Of a stretch of DNA of 31,052 nt, positions 8,380 to 16,054 are shown one piece after another. The stretch comes from a virus: IMG/VR virus record IMGVR_UViG_3300000103_000003, positions 75,643 to 106,694 of that record; one strand, written 5' to 3'. The notes beneath the pieces were generated by a model that had not been told where the DNA came from, did not search any database, and was given only the letters and a program-made list of their open reading frames with translations. Every line of letters starts with the position of its first letter. The first letter of the stretch is position 1. The position numbers and the translations under genes are program-made.

Positions 8380-8763
8380 CTAAAATATATCTTCTGAATA
8401 TAATGTTTTATGTGATATTGGTGTAGCAATAAATTGTTCAGCCCTATTTGCTATTATATAGGCTTCTTCTCTATTGACAAACCTTCCCTTAGAAGTAATA
8501 AACCCTTGAACTTGTGATTTTCTATTTAGCAGGTCTGTTGCACGACATGGTTGACCTAAATCAGCAAAACCCTTAGTTCTGGTTGTATTGATAATATGGT
8601 GGTGTCGATAACCACATAATACATATCCGGTCTCTATTTTGTATGACCTCTGGTGTGAATATTCAACACCATCATCTACATGAATAGCCGAAGCAATAAT
8701 GTATTCTTCTTTTAGATTATTTCTTTTTTTGAAAAATTTCGTCAAGGCTCCAAAGTGTGTCAT
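8380..8763 (-). CDS. Phage hypothetical protein between the dnaE halves (start uncertain)
   Basis: IASAI...CGYRH...QGFITSKGRFVNREEAYIIA...LYSED pattern, recalled as a recurring uncharacterised phage family; nearest in-frame ATG is 8763. Confidence 0.7.
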   Translation of the reverse strand: MTHFGALTKFFKKRNNLKEEYIIASAIHVDDGVEYSHQRSYKIETGYVLCGYRHHHIINTTRTKGFADLGQPCRATDLLNRKSQVQGFITSKGRFVNREEAYIIANRAEQFIATPISHKTLYSEDIF

Positions 8764-10477
8764 AATTATCAAGTATTATTTCATCTCCTTTTTTAAGTTC
8801 ATCTGGGTAGTAACGTCCAATCTCACCATCGCGTTTTACAAAGATTTTACTTCCATCAAACACTTTGATTTCTTTTCCGTCAACATCCAGAATAACATAC
8901 GATTCTCCAGCGTTTATGTCACAAAAACCGTCAAAAAATGTGACATCCGTTTCTACCAAACCAGCCCTTTCGGGTATAATAAAGCGTTCAAACAGCAAAT
9001 TGTACCTTATCGGGTCTACATTTACGATATTTAAGCAATAAGACACCAATGACCCGGCTGATGAACCACGTCCGTATCCTACAAGAATATCATTTTTACG
9101 CGCCCAGTTAATCAAATCCCATTGAACGAGGAAATAATCCACATTATTGGTTGATTTAATTACATAGAGTTCTTCCTCTAAACGCTTTTCATATTCTTCC
9201 CGACGTTCGGCTGGGATTCTACGATTCTCCAAGCCTTCATATACAAGTTCTTCAAACATTGTAAGTCGGTCTCCATACTTTTCTATTTCTTCTGGAAGCA
9301 TGTCATATTGTGGCATGAATGTTCTTCCAGTTTCAAATTTAGCTACGGCAATATCAGCAATAGAGCCAACATTGTTTACTGCATATTCAAAGAACCCATC
9401 AAAGTCAAACTCTTCTTCATCTATTAATCGTTCAAATAACGGCTTCATGCCATTGTAATGTTCGATTAGCGGTTTGTAATATTGCTCTACACTTAAATCA
9501 TGGGTAGTGCCGGAGCGTATCTTATTGACAAGTACTTTATTTTTGCTGTCATCCTTATCCAAGTAGTAGCAATCGCTAATAAGCACTGGAGGCAGAAATT
9601 GTAGACCACAGCTTTCATCAAGGTACATTTCATCTATATATTGTTTTAAAATTGTTAATACTTCGACATCCTTTGTATCGGCTTTGTATTCATTAGCGTC
9701 TATTTGATATAATGCTACATCAAATTTGTTTATCAGGACATTTACCTTTTTTGCATTTTCCAGTAATACAGGAAAAGAGCATTTGTCAAACACGATTATG
9801 TTTCCTTTAGACCACTTACATAATTCCTGTATGGAAATTGTTTTGTCAGCACTATCCACGTTTATATATTTCTGGATGCGTAGGAGGTTCTGTAAGCCTT
9901 GTTGTTCGGTCACATATATCTTTACATCAAACTTAAATTCCAGCTCTGAAACCGTAAGAGAATAGCCAAATATTGAACGTATGTCTTTACAGGCTTTTTG
10001 TAAGTCGAATGTGCCAGCCATTGTATTGTAATCACAAATACCAATCGCTTTATGTCCAAAGAACTTCGCTTTCTTTACCCATTCTCCGGGGAGGAAGCTG
10101 GAGTTCAATAACTCAAATGGTGTATGTATACCCAAATTTACAAAGTTGTCTTCCATGCCTCCCATACGGTCTATTGTGCATGTACCGACATACTTCAAAA
10201 TATTCAACTTGAACTCTTCCCGTAAATCGGTATAATAAAAATTATTACCAAACTTAAATGCACAGTAATAAATTTCATCAGCAATAATCTCGTCTTCGTT
10301 TCTTAAAGAAAACAATATTTGCTCTTTTTCGTTTCCTTTACGAAACAATGAAGGTTGATTTTCCATGTCATAAAAATAAAGATACCCAAACCCCGGAAGA
10401 TTTAAGATGTCTTCATCGTCTTCAATAATGTCGAACTGGATGTGATTATTCGTAAGCCATTCTTTTAATTCATTCAT
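8717..10477 (-). CDS. dnaE: DNA polymerase III alpha, N-terminal half (N-extension, PHP domain, start of palm) ending in an 82-aa IntN-like segment
   Basis: FVNLGIHTPFELL (PHP start), RLEEELYVI, DYFLVQWD, VGYGRGSSAGSLVSYCLNI, DPIRYNLLFERFIIPER. Confidence 0.93.
   Translation of the reverse strand: MNELKEWLTNNHIQFDIIEDDEDILNLPGFGYLYFYDMENQPSLFRKGNEKEQILFSLRNEDEIIADEIYYCAFKFGNNFYYTDLREEFKLNILKYVGTCTIDRMGGMEDNFVNLGIHTPFELLNSSFLPGEWVKKAKFFGHKAIGICDYNTMAGTFDLQKACKDIRSIFGYSLTVSELEFKFDVKIYVTEQQGLQNLLRIQKYINVDSADKTISIQELCKWSKGNIIVFDKCSFPVLLENAKKVNVLINKFDVALYQIDANEYKADTKDVEVLTILKQYIDEMYLDESCGLQFLPPVLISDCYYLDKDDSKNKVLVNKIRSGTTHDLSVEQYYKPLIEHYNGMKPLFERLIDEEEFDFDGFFEYAVNNVGSIADIAVAKFETGRTFMPQYDMLPEEIEKYGDRLTMFEELVYEGLENRRIPAERREEYEKRLEEELYVIKSTNNVDYFLVQWDLINWARKNDILVGYGRGSSAGSLVSYCLNIVNVDPIRYNLLFERFIIPERAGLVETDVTFFDGFCDINAGESYVILDVDGKEIKVFDGSKIFVKRDGEIGRYYPDELKKGDEIILDNYDTLWSLDEIFQKKK
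8720..8965 (-). other. Degenerate split-intein N-fragment (IntN-like Hint segment)
   Basis: AGLVETDVTFFDG fits block A (T6, V8, D12, G13) without Cys1; DGKEIKVFDGSKIFV fits block B without TxxH; DELKKGDEII fits the N4 motif. Confidence 0.65.
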
Positions 10478-10881
10478 GGTATATATGGTTTGATTTTATT
10501 AAAATCTGGTTGTTCATATTTCGGTGCTTCAAATGGAGCAACATATAACCCGATACGCCACCATTCAGTTCCGTTCTGATTTTTCTCTATTTCTATATTT
10601 AGAAAATCAGATATACCATTTAACATTTCCTTTCTAAGGTGATACGCACATCGCCGTCGTTGTTCCTGTAAATTTTTCTCACTGTCTCCATAACGGTGTC
10701 GAATAGGCATAGGGTCAAACATACATTCAGCCTTTAACAACTCTAAGTCACGATACTTTTCAATAATGTTTGTGCGATACACATTCATTATATGCTTTCC
10801 ACGAAGGCATAACCATGCTGAATAAATGTGGTTGCGTTTCTTAGCACACCAGCTTTTTAGTTTTATAATAAATGTTTTCAT
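10474..10881 (-). CDS. Hypothetical protein
   Basis: 135 aa; 4-nt overlaps with neighbours. Confidence 0.65.
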   Translation of the reverse strand: MKTFIIKLKSWCAKKRNHIYSAWLCLRGKHIMNVYRTNIIEKYRDLELLKAECMFDPMPIRHRYGDSEKNLQEQRRRCAYHLRKEMLNGISDFLNIEIEKNQNGTEWWRIGLYVAPFEAPKYEQPDFNKIKPYIP

Positions 10882-11177
10882 ATTATTTCTACTTTAGTGT
10901 CAGTCCATATATTTGCTCTGGCTTTTGCATGTTTTGAGCCATCCTTATTCATTTTGAATAATACCTCACGGATTTCACTTCCATAAACTTGATGTTCAGT
11001 CACAATAGCCATAGTGACATGTTGACTTCCATCTCTATGTGTATCTGTTAATTTCAATTTAGTTCCGACTGGATACTTCGCACAGTCTTTTGTGTATCGT
11101 TTTTTTAAAATCCGTAAGTCTTCTTCCAGACCTAAACGTAAACGATGAAATTCGTCTTTTGTTAATTTCTCCATCAA
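10878..11177 (-). CDS. Hypothetical protein
   Basis: 99 aa with KYPVGTKL motif; 4-nt overlaps. Confidence 0.65.
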   Translation of the reverse strand: MMEKLTKDEFHRLRLGLEEDLRILKKRYTKDCAKYPVGTKLKLTDTHRDGSQHVTMAIVTEHQVYGSEIREVLFKMNKDGSKHAKARANIWTDTKVEII

Positions 11178-12208
11178 TCTTGTATTTTAGTTAATGTAAA
11201 TTCTCTCGGTGTCTTTATATTATAAGCAAATGTCTCCCAGAAATCATCTCGAAACATATCGCCATAGTCTTTTTTAGAATCCAGTGATGAAGCGATAAAC
11301 ACATCAAAGTATTCATTTAATTGGCTGGAGAGTTTTTTAATAACTTCCACAGCGTCAGGGTCATAACCCAGTATTACGTTTCTTACGCCCTTCTTTTGAA
11401 GTTTATATATTTGAATATCAGATATTTTCTTTCCAAAAGTAGCAACAGGAACAATACGATGATTATCATACAGGTTTAATTCTCTGGTGATGCCTATTAC
11501 ATCGAATATCCCCTCCAGTAATATTACAGATTCTGTTTCGTCTTCAATAACACTGTCATAGTTATACAGTAGCTTTACAAACTCATTGCTTTCCTCCGAG
11601 TTTCTGAAACGCTGTATTGGGTATTTACCCTGTCTTTTGGCGATTGTGTTGTGTGCATCTATCTTTTTTTTATCCCAGACATGACGCGCAACAAATCCCA
11701 CTTTTTTGCCACCATCAATGACCGGGAATATCACATAATCCTTCATTTTCCAGTCTTCCGTTGCTCCAACTGGGAAGTAATCGTAATCATCACACTCAAA
11801 GCCACGTTCGTTAAGATAATTATGAAAGAACGTTTGTTTGTATCCACCCGGCATACTAACTTCCACCAGTGTATCGTCTAATTCGTCTTCCTCCTCTTCC
11901 AATGGGAACATAGCTCCCAAATCTAACTTTACTTCAATATCAACAACTTCAACAGGCATTAAGTCCATTCTTTCAAGCATCTTTAGTGTTTCCACTAATC
12001 CATCCGCTCTTCGCTGGCAGGAGAAGCAATTACACATGAATGGCTTTTTGCGTTCTGTTGGGATACCAATATAAATTCCGAACTTCTCTTTCTTTCCACA
12101 GAATGGACAAGTAGCGATAATATTCTTCCGGCTACCATCCAACCTTCCGTGCAATCCGTCCTTTAATTCATCAATAATGATATTACGCTCTTCTCTGGTT
12201 AGTTCCAT
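11174..12208 (-). CDS. DNA primase (zinc finger plus TOPRIM)
   Basis: CPFC...CFSC zinc ribbon; VIFP and GFVAR; LEGIFD and YDPD TOPRIM motifs. Confidence 0.9.
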   Translation of the reverse strand: MELTREERNIIIDELKDGLHGRLDGSRKNIIATCPFCGKKEKFGIYIGIPTERKKPFMCNCFSCQRRADGLVETLKMLERMDLMPVEVVDIEVKLDLGAMFPLEEEEDELDDTLVEVSMPGGYKQTFFHNYLNERGFECDDYDYFPVGATEDWKMKDYVIFPVIDGGKKVGFVARHVWDKKKIDAHNTIAKRQGKYPIQRFRNSEESNEFVKLLYNYDSVIEDETESVILLEGIFDVIGITRELNLYDNHRIVPVATFGKKISDIQIYKLQKKGVRNVILGYDPDAVEVIKKLSSQLNEYFDVFIASSLDSKKDYGDMFRDDFWETFAYNIKTPREFTLTKIQD

Positions 12209-12402
12209 TACTTTATTATTTTATCAATGACAACATTATGAGCAGTAACTGGCAGATAAGCCCTTATATATCCTGAATGAATATAATACCAATACCCTCG
12301 ACCCATACCAGAAACCTCTCTTAAATACTCTATTAATATTCCCCAATTTGATGATGTAAAATCTCGCTGCTTATAAGTTGTTTGAATAGTTTCTACTTTC
12401 AT
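12208..12402 (-). CDS. Hypothetical protein, paralog of 12402-12587 (start revised to MKVETI)
   Basis: TAATG coupling at 12402; shared TTY...DFT...W..L.E.L...G.G...IRA..P..A pattern. Confidence 0.65.
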   Translation of the reverse strand: MKVETIQTTYKQRDFTSSNWGILIEYLREVSGMGRGYWYYIHSGYIRAYLPVTAHNVVIDKIIK

Positions 12403-12587
12403 TACTGTTGGATTTTTAAAGTTTGTATCCAATCATTTGCCTCATGCGGAATAGTAGCCCTGATTCTGTCATTGTATGCCATAAACATACAGCCAGTGCC
12501 AGCCGCAACCATCTTTGTCAACTCTTCTTTTAATTCTATCCATAGTTCTGCTGTAAAGTCAGATTCTAAATAAGTAGTTGTTATCAT
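12402..12587 (-). CDS. Hypothetical protein, paralog of 12208-12402
   Basis: First gene after a host-type promoter; aligns with its downstream neighbour. Confidence 0.65.
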   Translation of the reverse strand: MITTTYLESDFTAELWIELKEELTKMVAAGTGCMFMAYNDRIRATIPHEANDWIQTLKIQQ

Positions 12588-12605
12588 ATCTATTTATTTT
12601 AATTT

Positions 12606-12625
12606 GAGTACAAACATACAAAAAA
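12606..12625 (-). promoter_or_regulatory. Bacteroidota-type -7 promoter element (no clear -33)
   Basis: TTTTTTGTATGTTTGTACTC, nearly identical to the element at 25618-25636. Confidence 0.6.
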
Positions 12626-12634
12626 TTTTCCAAT

Positions 12635-12679
12635 AAAAAAAGCGATTCCTTAATTATTTTCATTAAGAAACCGCTTTTT
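12635..12679 (-). terminator. Intrinsic terminator after the helicase
   Basis: AAAAAGCGGTTTCTTAAT-GAAAATA-ATTAAGGAATCGC followed by T7. Confidence 0.75.
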
Positions 12680-12684
12680 AACAT

Positions 12685-14049
12685 TTATTGTAAATTTAGA
12701 GACCTGATTCTATCATAGAATATTTCATGGCTGAACTTTGTTGCAATCCTGAATGTCGGATTCTCTTTACCAAAGAAACGGGATTTTGCAACATGAATAC
12801 GCATCATATTACCTTGACGTTCATCAGCTGTTTGGTTAAGACTGATAAAGTGTGTCATTGGTCTGGATAATCCCTTACATTCAGATGCTGAATATTCAGT
12901 AAGAACGTTTTTAGGGTCATTTAACCAGTCCGGCTTTTCTACCGTAGCCTGATAAGTAACAGCAATCCAAACGTCTTCATCAGCGGCTAAATCCTTTAGG
13001 TCACGTGCAGCAGCGACATATTTGTGTCTGGTGTGTTCTGCATCCCAGCGTTTTCCAGACGCATCCGTAAGCAAGTCTAAGGAATCTATCAAAACAACAT
13101 CTGGGTTATAACCAAATGTTTTACGATACTCGGCAATGGCGTTCTTAATATCAACTGTTGATACAGTATTGTTGAATCTGGTAAATGCACGCACTCGAAT
13201 TGTTCCGGCAAACTTCTTTAGTTTTTCTAAACTTTCTTTTAGTTCTACATTCGTAAGTTTCGCTCTTTCAAATGTATATGAATTTTGTTCAATCAAACCA
13301 CCAGAATACGCGTCAACAGCCTCTTGTTCAGAACCTTCAAGCTGGATGTGGAGTACATCTAAACCGTCTTCGATAGCCGCATGTTTACCAATGTGCTTGA
13401 TGATGTGACTTTTACCAACACCAGCAGCAGCAAGAAAGCATGTCAGCTGGGTGCGTAAATCACGACCATTATTCATAGCATCCAGTTTATCAATATAAAA
13501 ACGATTGATACGCTTCTTTCGTTGCTCTTTCTGAACGTCCTGCTTTTGTTGGTTCTTTTGGTAATTCAATTCAAAATCCCCAATTATATCAACAAACTGA
13601 TTGGAAGCTAAAGTAAACCCAGATAACCATTCAGCATATTTTTGCATTAATACCATTGCTTCATCACGCTGGTCTCGGTTGTATAGCTTGCCAATTTCGA
13701 CATAAGTCTTTTGTAGCTTAACCGTCTTAATGTAATCTTCTAAAGTGGCTAAAATCGCCTCCGTTGATGCTTTACAAGAATGTTCCTGAATTTCTGTAAA
13801 TAACTCTAATGCTCCGGCATCATTCTTTAGCTTCTCTATGAGCATACCAGTTGTTGGTGGCTCCTTAAATGCTTTAAAATGTGTTGTTAAAGCCTTATTA
13901 AGTTGTTGAAAGTCTTTGTCTGGAAGAAAATCTAATTGCATGTGTTGTGCTAAAACACCACAGACAACTACATTCCTGATAGCCTCTGCATACAATTCAT
14001 ATAAAAATTCCTCACTTAACGCTTCTATTTTCTTTAATTCTTTACTCAT
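12685..14049 (-). CDS. Replicative DNA helicase (DnaB/SF4 family)
   Basis: Walker A AAAGVGKS, QLEG, Walker B VVLIDSLD, LKDLA...TYQ, AKSRF; close to the primase. Confidence 0.9.
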   Translation of the reverse strand: MSKELKKIEALSEEFLYELYAEAIRNVVVCGVLAQHMQLDFLPDKDFQQLNKALTTHFKAFKEPPTTGMLIEKLKNDAGALELFTEIQEHSCKASTEAILATLEDYIKTVKLQKTYVEIGKLYNRDQRDEAMVLMQKYAEWLSGFTLASNQFVDIIGDFELNYQKNQQKQDVQKEQRKKRINRFYIDKLDAMNNGRDLRTQLTCFLAAAGVGKSHIIKHIGKHAAIEDGLDVLHIQLEGSEQEAVDAYSGGLIEQNSYTFERAKLTNVELKESLEKLKKFAGTIRVRAFTRFNNTVSTVDIKNAIAEYRKTFGYNPDVVLIDSLDLLTDASGKRWDAEHTRHKYVAAARDLKDLAADEDVWIAVTYQATVEKPDWLNDPKNVLTEYSASECKGLSRPMTHFISLNQTADERQGNMMRIHVAKSRFFGKENPTFRIATKFSHEIFYDRIRSLNLQ

Positions 14050-14051
14050 GC

Positions 14052-14639
14052 TTAAAGTAATCTAAACCTGTGAAGTTCAGGATATGTTGTTTTTAATAAT
14101 TCGATACATTTCTTACTAAAGTTACATTGTTTACATACAGATGAACTGGGAGCATACAATAATGTAGATTGAACACATAATGTATATCCATGTTCCTCAT
14201 TTAAAAACCGGGCTTTTGTACTATCCTCCGAAGGCATTTCAATATATGCTCTCATAGGATGATTTTGCTTTGATTGAAAAGCGTTCTTTAAATTATCCCG
14301 GTCTTCATTTAATGATTGTAACCACAAATTCTCATAATAGGCGCATCCAGCTTTGGCTTCGTAAAATTTCTGAATTGCTGTATCGCCAAAGAACCACGAC
14401 AAACTAATGTTGCGCCATTTGTTGAACTCTCTCCACTTGTGGCACTGGTAAATCAAATAGTCAACAACTCTTCCAAAAGGAATTAAGTCACTTCGTTCTG
14501 TCTTTTGAAAAGCATCCAGAAATTTTGCAATAGCCTGTTCTGTTGAGCCTTGTCCAAACGGGAAAGGTTTGTGAACACCCTTTATAAAGATGTCCACAAA
14601 TACTTTCATTGTCCGTTCTTTAAGCTCTTTTTCTTCCAT
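14052..14639 (-). CDS. Hypothetical protein with C-terminal four-cysteine cluster
   Basis: C-x13-C-x2-C-x5-C near the C-terminus. Confidence 0.7.
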   Translation of the reverse strand: MEEKELKERTMKVFVDIFIKGVHKPFPFGQGSTEQAIAKFLDAFQKTERSDLIPFGRVVDYLIYQCHKWREFNKWRNISLSWFFGDTAIQKFYEAKAGCAYYENLWLQSLNEDRDNLKNAFQSKQNHPMRAYIEMPSEDSTKARFLNEEHGYTLCVQSTLLYAPSSSVCKQCNFSKKCIELLKTTYPELHRFRLL

Positions 14640-15222
14640 CTCTTTCTAAGAAACTTTGTAATTTTTGTCGCGCCAGAAACACCCGGCTTTTTACAGTGTC
14701 TAAATTCTTAACTGGGAGTAGCCCCATCTCATAAGTCATATCCATTACTTCTTTTAGTTTGTAACCAAATGTCTGTAAAAGGAAACTTATTCGATATTCC
14801 GGGGATAGTGATTCTATTGCCTCCAATAAATCATCAGGGATGTATTCCTTATAATTATCAAGGGTTAAATCGACACCACTACCAAAATCCCAATCCGCGC
14901 CAGCCCAATCAAATGTTTCAACATCAATATCAGCCAAATCATCTGTTGCTGGTGGCATACGTTTATTCAGATTATTTATGAATCGTTTAGTGACAATATG
15001 TATCCAAGTCGGTAATGACTTTTCAGGGTCATAAGTTTCGATATAGTTATAAAAGTTCATCATCACATCGACATAATTATCCTCTAAGTTTTCTGGATAA
15101 GCTGTGTAGTCTATACACAATTTATATATCAGGTCTAAGTTAGGAGTAATATATCGGTCAAACAACTCATTGCGTTTAGCAGCAGTTTTTAATTTTGCTC
15201 TTTCTTTTTGCCTTTTTCCCAT
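14620..15222 (-). CDS. Phage-encoded ECF-like sigma-70 factor
   Basis: Region 2 (EDNYVDVMM...YDPEKSLPTWIHIVTKR) and region 4 (AIESLSPEYR...GYKLKEV...TVKSRVFLARQKL). Confidence 0.85.
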   Translation of the reverse strand: MGKRQKERAKLKTAAKRNELFDRYITPNLDLIYKLCIDYTAYPENLEDNYVDVMMNFYNYIETYDPEKSLPTWIHIVTKRFINNLNKRMPPATDDLADIDVETFDWAGADWDFGSGVDLTLDNYKEYIPDDLLEAIESLSPEYRISFLLQTFGYKLKEVMDMTYEMGLLPVKNLDTVKSRVFLARQKLQSFLERDGRKRA

Positions 15223-15521
15223 ACCGCGTGTACCTGTGTTGCAAATGCCAGTTCTGCTTCTTTTGTGAACTTATTGCGACGACAGTATTGTATCCACCTG
15301 TCATTCAAATACTTGAATTTTCTGCGCACATCTTCATCTGATGGCTGTGGAGATTTACTTAGGAACTCATAAAAGCATCCAAGTTGTCCGATTAGGTCTT
15401 TCTGCGCTCTGTCGGCAGTCCGTCGGTCTTTACGAGAAGTTGTTGCTTTCAACTCTTGTTCTTGCTCTTCTGGAGTTCCGTTGATTTTCTCCTTAATATA
15501 CTGTTTTGCTTTGTCGAACAT
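15189..15521 (-). CDS. Hypothetical helical protein
   Basis: 110 aa ORF inside the operon. Confidence 0.65.
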   Translation of the reverse strand: MFDKAKQYIKEKINGTPEEQEQELKATTSRKDRRTADRAQKDLIGQLGCFYEFLSKSPQPSDEDVRRKFKYLNDRWIQYCRRNKFTKEAELAFATQVHAVWEKGKKKEQN

Positions 15522-15526
15522 AATTT

Positions 15527-16054
15527 TTATTTTATAATGTGATACTTTTTGATAAAACTATAATAACATGCGATTGCATCGGCTCTGTTATCCTGACCTT
15601 TAACGTCAATGCCGTATTTCATTAAAATACCATCCATGACTTGTTTCTTGTCAGCATTGCCAATACCAGCAGCGGTAATCTTTAAAGTAGCTGGAGAGAA
15701 AAACTCTGGTTCTGGAAGGTCAAGTTCATCACAGACCTCTAATAGTATTCCCCGGAACTCACCAAGTTTTTTTGTACCTCCAAAACGATTATTAAACGCA
15801 ATCAACTCTTCAGCGACTATGAACTTAATGTCGTATTTCTTGATAAATGCCATAAGCGTATCACGGAAATGTTTGTGCTGCTTGTTGTTATTATTTTTAA
15901 TCGTTTCTTTAAAATCCCATTCGCCACTTTCATGGGTTGAATGATAACCAGTTTTTGTGGCTATATCCAATGCTAATATTTCAGATTTTGTAAATTGTCT
16001 GCAATCTACTTCCCCAGCTTTAGGTGGGGGAGCAACTGGATTTCCTCGTCTCAT
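15527..16054 (-). CDS. RuvC-like Holliday junction resolvase
   Basis: ILALDIA.KTGY, IVAEE, PATLK...GIGNADK, DNRADAIA. Confidence 0.85.
   Translation of the reverse strand: MRRGNPVAPPPKAGEVDCRQFTKSEILALDIATKTGYHSTHESGEWDFKETIKNNNNKQHKHFRDTLMAFIKKYDIKFIVAEELIAFNNRFGGTKKLGEFRGILLEVCDELDLPEPEFFSPATLKITAAGIGNADKKQVMDGILMKYGIDVKGQDNRADAIACYYSFIKKYHIIK

Noticed and set aside
8720-8731. A_AAA_AAG slippery heptamer at the end of dnaE-N as a frameshift into the next ORF
   Set aside because: A -1 shift reads GAA ATA ATC TAA and stops; the downstream ORF is in the +1 frame, and no stimulatory element is evident.
8024-8965. Group I intron or ribosomal bypass joining the dnaE halves (both junctions contain GCTGGT)
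   Set aside because: The 0.9 kb gap is filled by overlapping ORFs, I see no ribozyme core, no stop follows the would-be take-off codon, and both extensions look intein-like at protein level. RT-PCR would be needed for formal exclusion.
8034-8965. A canonical active split intein
   Set aside because: No N-terminal Cys/Ser, no block B His, no terminal Asn/Gln and no +1 nucleophile.
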